DNA from: Lytechinus pictus
Taxonomy: Eukaryota
Length of the DNA stretch: 64,000 bases
Direction of reading: 5' to 3'
NCBI RefSeq assembly: GCF_037042905.1
Contig: NC_087252.1
Coordinates: forward strand, 24,120,001 to 24,184,000
Part shown: positions 1 through 14,000 of the stretch, one piece after another
Numbering within the stretch: the first letter of the stretch is position 1
Layout: every line of letters begins with the position of its first letter
The notes under the pieces: model-generated
Databases searched by the model: none
Seen by the model: the letters and a program-made list of their open reading frames with translations, nothing else
Told to the model about the DNA's origin: nothing
Position numbers and translations under genes: made by a program

Positions 1-842
1 ACGTTTTATGAACTAGACCAATACACTTATAGAGATATGATGGCAATTCAACTAATACCCCCAAAGTGGCCAAAGTTCTTTGACCTTACATGACCTTTGA
101 CCTTGATCATGTGACCTGAAACTCGCACAGGATGTTCAGTGATACTTGATTACTATTATGTCCAAGTTTTATGAACTAGACCAACACACTTTCAAATTTA
201 TGGCTGTAATTCAACAAATACCCCAATTTGGCCAAAGTTCATTGACCCTAAATGACCTTTGACCTTGATCATGTGACCTGAAACTAGCACAGGATGTTCA
301 GTAATACTTGATAACTATTATGTCCAAGTTTCATGAATCAGATCCATAAACTTTCAAAGTTATGATGGTAATTCAACAGATACCCCCAATGCGGCCAAAG
401 TTCATTGACCCTAAATGACCTTTGACCTTGGTCATGTGACGTGAAACTCATGCAGGATGTTCAGTGATACTTGATTAACCTTATGTATAAGTTTCATGAA
501 CTAGGTCCATATACTTTCTAAGTTATGATGACATTTCAAAAACTTAACCTTAGGTTAAGATTTTGATGTTGATTCCCCCAACATGGTCTAAGTTCATTGA
601 CCCTAAATGACCTTTGACCTTGGTCATGTGACATGAAACTCAGGCAGGATGTTCAGTAATACTTGATTAACCTTATGGCCAAGTTTCATGAACTAGGTCC
701 ATATACTTTCTAAGTTATGCTGTCATTTCAAAAACTTAACCTCAGGTTAAGATTTGGTGTTGACGCCGCCGCCGCCGTCGCCGCCGCCGTCGCCGTCGGA
801 AAAGCGGCGCCTATAGTCTCACTCTGCTATGCAGGTGAGACA
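1..842. mobile_element. Helentron-associated (HINE/DINE-1-like) non-autonomous element with internal ~170-190 bp tandem repeats, truncated by the window edge
   Basis: Repeated TGACCTTTGACCTTG...TGTGACCTGAAACT units, (GCC)n tract, terminal hairpin 816-841; same family as 8116-9134. Confidence 0.75.
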
Positions 843-1133
843 ATAATAATAATAGTCAGTTATTGTATAGCGCGAATCACAATAAACAACATCTCTATGC
901 ACTTCCAAAGGACTTGGATAGTATTACCTCGGCTGTAGCTCAAGCAGCTAGCTTCCAGCGCTCAGCATTTCAAGAAATAAATTCCTGCCAGGTACCCATT
1001 CACCTCACCTGGGCTGAGTGCAGCACAATGTGGATGAATTTCTTGCTGAAGGAAACTACACTATGGCTGGGATTTGAACCCATGACCCTCTGTTTCAAAG
1101 TCCAGAGACTAATCTACTGGGCCACAATGCTCC
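842..1133 (-). mobile_element. tRNA-derived SINE
   Basis: Minus-strand A box TGGCCCAGTAG and B box GGTTCAAATCC; core CCTTCAGCAAGAAAT...TGTGCTGCACTC shared with 3 other copies; (ATT)n tail. Confidence 0.85.
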
Positions 1134-1640
1134 ACATACTGCATTTCTCTTTGGCAAATATTCTGAACAAGGGTTTCTATAAACTCTAGTCCAAAGTTGT
1201 GGTTTAACTATGGATACGGAAGTCAATTGTGGCACAATTAATCTTAACGGTGACTCCAGGTTCAATTTATCTGCTCCTTTGAAATTCAAAATAGGGGCTA
1301 TTCATAAGTGTTAGGGACTTAATAATTAAAATAGCTTCCTTCAGCATCTAAGATTAAAGCAGATACGAACCAATAGTGCCATCTCGAGTCCTCAACTACT
1401 CATACCTGGCCAGTTTCGTGACCCATAATGCTAGTGTAGTCTAGTAATATAGACCCACTTGAATGATAGCATGCTTATTAACTACTCAATACATTTATAC
1501 CGCAATAATTATGTTACCAAGTAGCAAAACAATTATTTTTCCTCTCAAAACATTTAAGTTCCTCTATACAAATACAATTATAGGTCAATTTATTCTCTGT
1601 AGTATTAGTAGATATCTGAAAACGTATATTTTAAGACTAT

Positions 1641-1944
1641 GGCCCGTATTCTGAAGTCAGGTTTAACTCAGGTTTAAAGTTGTGGTTTAAGTATGGAAAG
1701 CCAATTGTTACATAAATCACTTACAGTAGAGGTATCATATTTCAGCTCATTTGGCTATCAAATCATTCATAATTGTCTAGGAAGTATAAAAAGATGATTG
1801 TCTTCACCATCGATGAATCAGGAAAGAGCACAGTAACATAAGAAACATACAACATAATACAAATTTTGATACTTTTGGCTTCCCATACTTAAACTACAAC
1901 TTTAAACCTGAGTTTAAGTTAAACCCGACTTCAGAATACGGGCC
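1641..1944. mobile_element. MITE, PIF/Harbinger-like
   Basis: TIRs GGCCCGTATTCTGAAGTC.GGTTTAACT; 3-bp TSD TAT; inverted second copy at 19590-19900. Confidence 0.9.
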
Positions 1945-2084
1945 TATGTATTTATAATGTCACACAATCAATGAGAGACAACATACAGTTCACTCCCTCT
2001 TTAAAGGTAAATGAAAATAATATCTTTGGTATCCCATGATATGATTTCATAACACAGACAGACCATGGCCTTTGGAAGTTAAAC

Positions 2085-2330
2085 GGGGGCCTTGTGGTCT
2101 TGTGGTTATGACTTTTTGTCTTTCAATCCGAGGGTCATGGGTTCAATTCCTAGCCATGGCGTGTTTTCCTTCAGCAAGAAATTTACCCACATTGTGCTGC
2201 ACTCAACCCAGGTGCTCAGGTAAATGGATACACCTGGGAGGAATTTATTCCCTCAACGCAGCTCGCGTAACACATGCTCTGCTAAAGCCAGGGCAATCAT
2301 GCTGAATTACTGTAGAGCACTTTAATAGAG
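2085..2330 (+). mobile_element. tRNA-derived SINE (same family)
   Basis: GGTTCAATTCC B box and shared core. Confidence 0.8.
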
Positions 2331-2380
2331 AGTTTAGAGACTTAGAACTGCTAAAAGTAAATGTTAATCATTGTATATAA

Positions 2381-2829
2381 GGGCAATTCCATATGTTGGT
2401 GGACATGAGCTCAATGTGTCTTTGTACTGTATAGCCCATCTGAACCGTAACCACTTTATCTGCACCCCTAGTAAAAACCATGTGTTCTTTATTTTCTTAA
2501 TTATGTACAAATTTGTGTCCCTAATATACTTCTTTGAAATGGATATAATCAACTTTCATAAAAGCCTTGTATGAGGACACTTTTCACTTATGTCCACTTT
2601 TCATTTTATGCATGTCCAAATCATGTAACATGAGTAACGGACACATTTAAAAGATTTGCCAGGAGCATAATGAAATTTCCCAAGTTTTGTTTTTATACAA
2701 AGTATAGTCAGACTGCGTACCATGTTGTGATAAAGAGATGTTAAGTTCCTATCAATAATAATGGAGTTACAGCTCCAAGTATGAGTCAAGGTGTCTCCAA
2801 ATGTAACGTGGGTAACCGTGCAATAGCCC
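2381..2829. mobile_element. Non-autonomous DNA transposon with 4-bp TSD (Sola-like, tentative)
   Basis: Termini GGGCAATTCCA / TGCAATAGCCC; TSD ATAA; near-identical copy at 54387-54843. Confidence 0.85.
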
Positions 2830-3474
2830 ATAAGTGTAATCATCATTAATATTAAACTGGAGATAATCTTATATCAATGATTGTAGCAGGAATCTAATTC
2901 CAACATGTTGTAAAAGTGATTTAAACTTTCAAACCAGTGAAATTGCATAAAAACACATGTGGTAGCCTATTTCTGTGGGTATTTAAAAACAGACTTGATT
3001 CTACGGCAAAACATAGGCTACTTCATGAGTGCACTTTCGTAGATCGATGTTCGGAATTTCCCATGCTTATCAGACTTTTCTTTAAATGAATTTAGCCATC
3101 ATGAATCTGGGCCAATCTTAACCAAATGTCTTTCTATTTCCTTTCAATAACACAATAACCTTCCTCCTTCCTTTCTTCTGACCTTTCTCGAAACATTGCA
3201 CTTGCAGAAATACACTCATATTTATTTCAGATCAAAGTATATGAAAATACCATCAGTTTCATAAAGAAGAGACAGATTGAGTGTCACATTCATGTTGTAA
3301 GTAAGTTTGTTTTTTGTTTTTTTCATTGGTGCTAGTTTCTTTCCGTAGGCATGGGACAATGGAGATAAAATAAAATTGGTAGCCAAGTTCCTCTAGACTC
3401 TGTTAAACAATATTACACAATATGTCACAAAATAATAATTGGCACATTCCTTGATTTGATCAGTTAATCGGTCG

Positions 3475-4625
<1,151 letters not shown>

Positions 4626-5084
4626 ATTAAATTATTGCCAATAATCTTTTTTGTAAACTCTTTGATGCCCGAGTGTTAGTTTTTCTAATTGATTTAAAAG
4701 TAGAATGATCCCCCTGTTCTTTCATCCAAGGGTCTCCCTCCCCCCCCCCCCCTCTCTTTCTCTCTCTCTACATCTTCATCTCCTTAAAATCCTTAGAGAA
4801 CTTTTATTTCCTGATCATTTTCAGATTAGTTTTTCAGCAACAAAACATCCATTATGCTCTACTTGTTTGATCAATGACAAAGTGATTTTCTTAGACCTTA
4901 TATACCAAACAATCTTAGTTCCAGTTCAGTTTCACCAAAACATAGGCAGTCTATTGTCAAACAAATTAATACAAATTTACAATATATTTTATCAAAGAGA
5001 GTACCAGAACTCTCGTCTTGAGAACTCTTGTCTTGATAACATTATATTTTCATTTTTTGTTGGTATTCTTTATAATAAACTTAC

Positions 5085-5287
5085 CTCAAAGCAGTTGGGG
5101 AAACATATCTGCCATTCATAATTCCAGTCGTAGTTTGTCCATATAAGCGTTGGGCATTGGAAGTATAGAAGGGAATCGACACAAAAATACAGAAAATACC
5201 ACCAAGAAAATAACTGAGGCACAGCATGCTGCTTCGAGCAGTCCTATCAAGGCCGCTGACCGCGGAACCCCGGGGTAGCAGCACCAT
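5085..5287 (-). CDS. First coding exon of an unidentified neighbouring gene, probably a secreted or membrane protein
   Basis: Kozak GCCACGATGG; hydrophobic stretch LCLSYFLGGIFCIFVSIPF then SNA-Q; strong AG|GTAAGT donor (phase 2); CpG-rich upstream region. Confidence 0.65.
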
Positions 5288-5850
5288 CGTGGCACCGCTA
5301 AGGTGGTTTGATACTTTCAGAAAGTTTGGTCTCCGTTATAGATAAGAAGCAAAATTCGTTTTCCACTGATGTGGCTCAATATTTCACACTTTCGAATGAT
5401 GTGAATCCTCTAATAATCATCCATAGAGTGGAAGGGGGTTTATCCCGATATTAAAATGTACTCCATTGTCGTCGCTCAATCCAAAAGCAAAGACTGATGG
5501 CAGGTTCCAGAAACTATGTCCAAACTTTCTCGACGTGCAGAATGCAACTGCAAAAGGAAAACAGCGGTGATCCGAGCACGAAAACTTGCACGGTATTTTA
5601 TGCTTGCACACAGGTGCCGCTGCCTCAAGTGGTGGACAGTGGTGCGTGCATCCGCATCGTCGGGTATCAATCGTGAGGACTTTTCATCTCGGAACTCATT
5701 TTATTTTGGTAGGCCTATCCATGGATGGTAAAGGGATAGTATGAAATGGAGTTCAATTCCAAACCAAAACTTTTATACCATTTCTTAACTTGGCAACAGT
5801 GGGCCGGGCTACACCCAGAATCACCCCTGCCCAGTGTTTTTTTTTTCAGC
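5288..5850 (-). promoter_or_regulatory. CpG-rich 5' UTR/promoter of the gene starting at 5287
   Basis: Local CpG and GC enrichment directly upstream of the Kozak ATG in an AT-rich background. Confidence 0.45.
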
Positions 5851-6625
5851 TGGAGAAAAGGGGGAAGAAGGGGGGAGAAGAAAATGGAAATAGGGGGGGG
5901 AATAGATTTTAAAACAGGCGATTTGGAGCCTTATTTTGTGGAATAACTCATGTTTCCCCTACCATTGCTTCTGTCAATATAGCACGGAGCTGCACCTCCT
6001 AACTTTTAAAAATGAGGATTGCACCCTCCTGAACCTGTGGACCCTCGCCATAATTACTTCATAAAATAATGTTCACAACTCCCAAAGAAAGAGAGGTGTG
6101 AAGAATAGAGACCATATAGGGCAAAGTCGGATCCAAGGAACCGCAGCGGCCGCCCCCACCTCCCATGTATTGCCTGTGCAAAAAGGGGGAAAGAAGTTGT
6201 TTGTTTGTTTGTTTGTTTGTTTGTTTGTTTGTTTGCATTTCCATATAAAAATAAATAAAATATATACAAAAGTCATGATCAAATTTAACAAACAAAATAC
6301 ATTGAAGATGGATAAGAGGGAGAAAGAAGACGACAGAAAAGATAAAAAGGTGGGAAAAGGTGAATAAAAGAAGGAGGGGGGAATTTGAAAATAGAAAAAC
6401 TTTTATTTCTCTACATAACAAAAATGATTCCGCATGCGTTTCGCGCTCCCATTGCCTGTTCACCGAGATACATAATTCTGTTCAACAGGATATAATGGCG
6501 CTTAAGAAATCCCGTTTTAAAATCCATGTAAAAAAAAATCTGCTCGCGCTTCGAGCATTCATTAATCATTGAGACTGTTATGATTACAAAACGTGAAATC
6601 TCTCTTTTTCATGTCTGAACATTAA

Positions 6626-7208
6626 AGGAGAATGAAACCCTTGAAACCAGCTGAATCCATATCAAAGAGAAACATCAAAGAAACATATTGTTGAAAGTTT
6701 GAGGAAGATTGAATGAATAATAAGAAAGTTATGAGCATTTGAATATTGAGATCACTAGTGCCATGTAAATCCTCCCATCGGCAATGCGACCAAGATCTGT
6801 GATATCACACACGTACAACTCCCTCATTACTTTAGTACTTATTTAACTTATATTCTCACTTTTATAGAGTCTATCACAAGGTGAGGTGTTCTCTTTATGA
6901 GATGACAAGTACAGAGGTTTCACAACATTATATCATTGATGAATCGTTTGTCATATGATGAGAATGAGCAAAAATTGATGTTTTGGGGTATATTTTCAGT
7001 GTCCAAATGGGAGAGTTGTACGTGTGTGACATTACAGATCTTGGTCGCATTGCCAATGGGAGGATCTCCATAGCATTAGTGATCTCGACATTCAAATGCT
7101 CATAACTCTTTTATTGCTAGTCCTATTTTACTAAAAGTTTCGTTGAACTTATTCTTTGATTTTTCTGCTTTCACAAAAGCTAACTTGCTCCAAGAGTTTC
7201 ATTCTCCT
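6626..7208. mobile_element. TTAA-targeting non-autonomous transposon (Kolobok-like), family A
   Basis: TTAA TSDs, TIR AGGAGAATGAAAC, long internal inverted repeats; inverted copy at 52313-52898. Confidence 0.9.
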
Positions 7209-8115
7209 TTAACAAATTTCAACTCGCGCTGCGAGCTCACATTATTTTATTAGTGAGATACGTATATCCTCTTGATTCCTGGTTCAAACTTTTTCCGTTT
7301 AATATAGGCCTATCATTAATTAAAACTCTCATTATTGCGCTCGCTAATTGGTTTGTCAAATACACATCCAGTTCAAGATTACCCAAACTGCTTAATACTC
7401 CGTTTTTAGATTTAAATGTAAAACAAAATCAGGTAAATTAATTGAGATACTAATCTTCGACTTGACAGATGTATCATAATTTATGTGAAACAGTGCTTAA
7501 AACGTTCCCTTTTCGGGTCAGTACATAGAAACATCAGCTCGCGCTTCGCGCTAAAATAAACAGGAGTTCCTGCGAAGACTCCTTAAAATAATTTTTCAGG
7601 TTAGTATATCAACTTGTGCTTCGTACTTGGATTGTTTGGTTAGTTACACATATGTATGAAGATTTCAAAACCTGCTTAGAATAATCGTTTTCAGGTCTGA
7701 ATACATAAAAAAATTATAAAAATTTAACTCGCGCTTCTCATTTGCATTTATTGTCTAATGAAACACGCATTATTTCCTGTATAACAAATTTTAAAAAATA
7801 AAAAAAATGTTCCCCTCTTTAGGTCCTCTAAGACTTACAGATGTTGTTAATGATTTTAAAATTTTCTCAGATTGTTCGGTTTTTAGGTCTACTAGTAGAT
7901 ATAAAACAAAATAAAGCAAAATATTCAAGATACCTATGTCATCTTGTTTCTTCTCACTTCGGTATGATTTTATTTTATTTTCAGAATGTTCTATTTCCAG
8001 GTCTAGAAAGGTCCTATGTGAAATATCTAAAAATGTTATTATTTCTTTTAAAGTTTACACGATTGATATCAGAAAAAACCCAAACCATCAAGATATGACA
8101 TGTTATTTCTTAACT

Positions 8116-9134
8116 AAACAAGTGGAACGCCTCTGGCAGTCTCGCCTGCATTACGCGATTTAATATAGCAGCAGTGCTAACTTTGAAAACTACTATTAAA
8201 TAATCATTCACAAAAACACCATTCATATAATTATATAATACCACGTTCATTGACCATAAATGACATTTGAACGGTGACTTAAGACTTGTCAATTACACCC
8301 ATGTCCACATTTCATTCACTCTATCCATAAACTTTCAAAGTTATGATGGCAATTCAACAATTACCCCAACATGGCCTAAGTTTATTGACCTTAACTGTCC
8401 TTTGACCATGGTTTTGTGACCTGAAACTCGTACAGGATGCTCAGTGATACTTGATTACTCTTATGTCCAAGTTTTATGAACTAGATCCATAAACTTTCAG
8501 AGCTAGGATGGTAATTTAACATATACCCCCAACACGGCCAAAGTTCATTGACCTTAAATGACCATTGACCATGGTCATGTGACCTGAAACTCGCACAGGA
8601 TATTCAGTGGTACTTGATTAACCTAATGCCCAAGTTTCATGAACTAGATCCATAAATTTTCAAAGTTATGATGGTAATTCAACAAATACCCCCAACTTGG
8701 CCAAAGTTCATTGACCCTAAATGACCTTTGACCTCGGTCACGTGACCTGAAACTCAGGCAGGCTGTTCACTAATACTTGATTAACCTTATGCCCAAGTTT
8801 CATGAACTAGGTCTATATACTTTCTAAGTTATGATGTCATTTCAAAAACTTAACCTTCGGTTAAGATTTTGAAAATAATTCTCCCAACATGGTCTAAGTT
8901 CATTGACCCTAAATGACTTTTGACCTTGGTCATGTGACCTGAAACTCATGCACGATATTAAGTAATACTTGATTAAGCTTATGTCCAAGTTTCATCAACT
9001 AGGTCCATATACTTTCTAAGTTATGATGTAATTTCAAAAACTTAACCTTAGGGTAAGATTTGATGTTGACGCCGCCGCCGCCGTCGGAAAAGCGGCGCCT
9101 ATAGTCTCGCTCTGCTATGCAGGCGATACAAAAA
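8116..9134. mobile_element. Full-length copy of the same HINE/DINE-1-like element
   Basis: Subterminal inverted repeat GTCTCGCCTGCAT (8139-8151) / ATGCAGGCGATAC (9117-9129), internal tandem array, (GCC)n, terminal stem-loop, A-rich flanks. Confidence 0.8.
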
Positions 9135-10449
9135 ACCATTTGAAAATCGTTAAATGTTTATTAAAACATTATCACAAGGATTGACTTACATTTTTTAATC
9201 AATTCAGATATATTAAGAATATGAAAGAATTATCGAAGTTTGATATAAAATCAGAAAGTTACCGCATGTTTGAGTATGACAGTAATTTTGAAGCATGTAA
9301 CTTTATGCAAATGTATATGACCGTGTCGATTTTGCCATAATTATTTAATTTTTGGTAAAAGACGAAATGCTTTTTTTTTCTTATTGAGATACTAGCTCAA
9401 GCTCAACTTTTAAACAACGAAATTCGACCATTAAACATGCGTTTGTTCCGAAGAGGCGCTGTATCAAATTGACTGTTGGATTGGATGTTTTATCGCATTT
9501 CGTTAATATCATCAGTGTTCACTAATATGAGTAATTTCTGGTAATTAGATTTAATAATAATAATAATTATAATCCGCATAAATGCGGATTAAATACGGGA
9601 CATTTTAAGTACTTTTTGTAATCATGAATAGAAAAGTATATAACTTAACAATGCGAAAGCAAAAGCGCTGTCCTGGCGCTGGAAATATTTGATACAGGCC
9701 TACTGATCTGAATAGGGGTAATTTCCAAAACAGTAAATGGGAATTCAATGTTGAAGAGGATACGCATCTTGCTAGTAAAAAAATGCAAGAGCGAAGCGCG
9801 ATCTAAAAAAAAATCACATTCACCAATGTTTCATCATAATGAAGAGGACGTCTATCTCGCTGAAACAAAATAATGATACTGGAATCTCAAGATGAATAAT
9901 TTGTAAATGTTGACTTGAAAACGGAATATCTTAAGTCCCATGTTATCCTCTTGTGCAGATTATTATCTCACTCAAGGCGATGTTATTTTGTGAAATCTAT
10001 TTATACATACAACTTATACATACAAGTTTAAACCCCTGGTAAAAATAATAATGAATGTACCTTAAAATTTTAAGGAAATGTTTTCTAAATTATTTACAAC
10101 ACACATTGTGAGAGAAAAAAAATTGTGTGTCACATGAGACAGTTAGGCTACCTTGATCGTAAATAAATGGACATCAAAATTTGCTGTAAAAATGAAATGG
10201 ATAGATTGAGCCAAGCCCGGCTTCTTTTTTATTCAGTTTTATTATCATAAGTGCTCTTAAATTTCTGAAAACTTTACAAAGTAGGTAAATTGCGGCGTCA
10301 CTCCAATAACTGCAGCTCTGGAGCAAATCTCCATATACTGCCCTCTTTTGTCAAATACATTATAGTTCCCCCCGGTACATTGGTTACATTCTGGTTTGGA
10401 TCAGCTTTCTGGACGAAACTATTTTCCAGGTATTCGTGTTTACCTATAT

Positions 10450-11033
10450 CAGCACCACCACTACCACCACCATCATCATCGTCATCATCATGCTCCTCAT
10501 CCTCACCATCATCACTCATCATCACTATCTTCCTCCTCATCATCATCCTCATCACCACCAACATCATCACCAAAAACATTGCCATCTCCACCAATATACT
10601 CTCTTTTATCACCATCATTATAGCCATCATAATCACAATCATCCTCAACATTATCATCATCATCATCATCACCACCACCACCACCACCACTATCATCATC
10701 ATCACCACCATAATCACCATCACAACTACCATCACCATTATCATCATCACCATCACTACCATCATCATCATCACCACCACCACCACCACCATCATCTTCA
10801 ACACCACCACCACCATCATGATCTTCATCACCACCACCATCAACATCATCATCACCACCACTATCATCATCATCACCACCATAATCACCATCACAACTAC
10901 CATCACCATTATCATCATCACTATCATCACCACCACCATCATCATCATCATCATCAAACATCATCACCGTCATCATCATCACCACCACCACCACCACCAC
11001 CATCATCCTCCTCAGCATCATCATCACTATCAT
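10450..11033. repeat. Imperfect (CAT/CAC)n trinucleotide repeat with an internal duplication
   Basis: Direct inspection. Confidence 0.95.
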
Positions 11034-11089
11034 GAGACACCAATGAATGAAATAAATCCTGAAAATCGATTTTTTTTTTTTTTTTTTTG

Positions 11090-14000
11090 TTGATGGCAGA
11101 AATGGTTTAATTAATTGAGCACATTGATAATAGATGACTATTTACAAGACAAAAAGGTGTCCGTTATGGATGGAAAACTCCCAAAAATGCATTTTAAAAC
11201 TTGTTGCCATTCCTATATCAATCCTCAAAGATTACATTCGCGATAATTTCATTAATTTCTAAAAAGAGACAAGGAAAATAAAAAGTAAAAGAACATATCT
11301 ACAAGAGAGTCCATAAAAAAGGATAGTGAAAGGATTGCATCATATTCGTTTGCGGCACAAAAACTAGCTGCGTACAGTGTGGTGCACAACCCCACTTGCA
11401 CTTATTATGAATGCACACAAATGTACACACCGGTGCAGTGGAAACAGGATGGGCTTACAAAGTTACATACAAAGAATCAAATTGTGTACACCTAAATTTT
11501 GTCAGTGGATACGATCTGCAGGAATCTAGGAAATGTGGGCCAATTCCTTGCTTTACAGAGTAACATTTCCAAATTATTTTCATAATCAAATAGGGATATT
11601 ACAGATATCAAAAAGAAAAAAAATAGAAAAAAAATAGAACATTATATAACTGTGTATTATGAAGAGTGTGCAGTTTATATAATAACTGATTTTATAACTT
11701 ACAGATAATTATTTTGACATTGCTGATGTTGAACAAGCCCTGTATAACATTATATGGGTCTCCATTCTAATAGGTCAAGTGTCTGGCAAAAGGCAGAAGG
11801 TGCCACTTTTCTTTTATAAATCAGACACATTTGGCATGTATCGGTCAGGGTCAAATCTGGGTCGTTGTCTGCAAACCTACTGATTTTTCACCTTACATAT
11901 CACTTCTAGCATAATGCTCCTTGCTCGTTAAAAAATTCTCAAATATTTTATTTATACCGCACTAAAATTCATTGGAAATGTTCTACTGTAAGACCACAGG
12001 AAGTCAGTAATCCTTCTGAGATTGACACACATATAAAGCTGGCGGGGAGAGAAAAATATCACGATCGAGTAACTTTGTAAATTTTGTAGCTTGTCTTCTT
12101 AAAAAACATTTAAAAAGCTAATGCCCGGTCTGGTAAAAAGTCACAATGTTGATTGCAATCGGGGTACAGCTTTATACAATACTACTAGAGAGAAAAAGGT
12201 CACCGGTCCACCAGGCTAGCTTACAGACAGAGGCTACAAATACACTACTGTAGACGGTGTACTACAAGACAATTTATTGTGCAATGTGGGCTGAAATACA
12301 CAAGTCCTCCTTTTCATTCACACCACAATCAATTCTTAAAACGACTAAATTACGTTTCAAATAACGTTTCATCAAGCAATGTCTGAACGCACCAACCTGG
12401 CTCTATGCTATATGATATGAAAAATGCAATTTGAAAAATGCAGCCCATGTTTTGGGGAAAAAAAATCTTGCACTTCCGAACATGACTTAATTGCAAAACA
12501 GATTGGTTTAAGATAATGTCTTTGAACTCACATTGACAAAGTGATACGTTCCTCTTAAAACGGTAGTGTGGTTTCGAAGTCTCCAGACAAGACTGACATT
12601 CAAAACTGGCTTCAATTATGGAACAATTATGACACAACAGTCATAACCACTGATTATCATACACAAATTTGACAATCCGGTACTGCTTTATAACAAATTG
12701 TATTAAAATGATTACCTGTTATACATATTACACAACCACATCCATGACATCCGTCAAAGAAACGTTATTCAAACCGTAAACTGGCTCACACCTGAACACA
12801 TCAACGATACCCATTCATTATCGCATGGTTTCTTCAATGGTGTTCTTACATAAAAATGCAGAAAAGATAAAAACGTAAATAAATAATCCAGTGAGTTTAC
12901 AATGCTATCGCTATGAAGTGGTGAACGTGTCGGTGTGTTTGTACATGCGTTGAAAACGGGCAGTGGTAAGTCGCAAAACAAAAGTTACCAGAAAAAATAA
13001 GCCATCTCAGAAAAGGATTTTAAGCATTTCTTGAAAAGTTTCAACAAACGATATGCTTCAGGATTTAATGTCTACAATCCAATCTCACTCATCATTTATC
13101 CAGAAAAATGACATTAAGTCATTGACATTTAACATTCTACATTTCCAATACGTTTTACAAAGAGAGCACCTAACATGTACATGCGACAGGTTAATGGGCA
13201 GTGTAAACCCCCGGCAATTTTTTCCCCATTTGACTAAACACAATTAGTTTTACTTCAGTTAGAAGCTTTTAAAAGTGGTGGAAAAATAATCTAAACTATC
13301 CTACTATCTACTCAGAAAGAGGAAGTCTCTCTCAAAATTGGAAGTCTTAAAAAGTAACTCTTTGTGCTCTATACTTAATTATTCAAATGTTTGAAGGTGT
13401 TGTATCTTACATTGCTTGGAATTCTATGAAATAATGATGATAAAGATATTCCCACAGTAATGATGACAATGAACATATCCCCCCCTCATAGATCTTAGTT
13501 TTTGGCATTTTATCATAGAGTGGAAGCATACACAGCAAAGTAGTTAAAATTATCTTGTATTTGATTTCTGTAAAAAAAAAAAGAATTATGCTCATTAAAT
13601 TCTATGATTTGAACATTTTTGTATCACTATAAATCCTGAAGCATATGTGTAGGTTGGCGCCATTGAAAATGAAAAAAAAAAACAGATAAAAAGTGATCGC
13701 AAATTAAAACCCATGATGCATATCATCAGTTACAAATTATTTAAAAAAGAAAATAATCCATGCATAATTCTACAATATTAAAACCTCAAAAATCAAGAAT
13801 AAAAAAACAAATTATCGTGCAAAATGGTCAATACAATGTGGGGGGGGGGGGGGGGACATATCTGACTAAAAAACAACAACTATTGACACAATAGCTGATA
13901 GATAATTTAAAACCAAGAGGAAATCTGAGCATAGAATAAAAGAGAAAATATTCAATATATCTGTTAAAAACCATGGAAACCATCTGCCATTCATAATATT

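Noticed and set aside
1060..1133. tRNA gene candidates here and at ~2085, ~20670 and ~42278
   Set aside because: A/B boxes are followed by a shared SINE body and (ATT)n tail, with no clean cloverleaf
10290..11093. Long His/Thr/Ile/Asp-rich ORFs in several frames
   Set aside because: By-product of a (CAT/CAC)n repeat; open on both strands with no splice context
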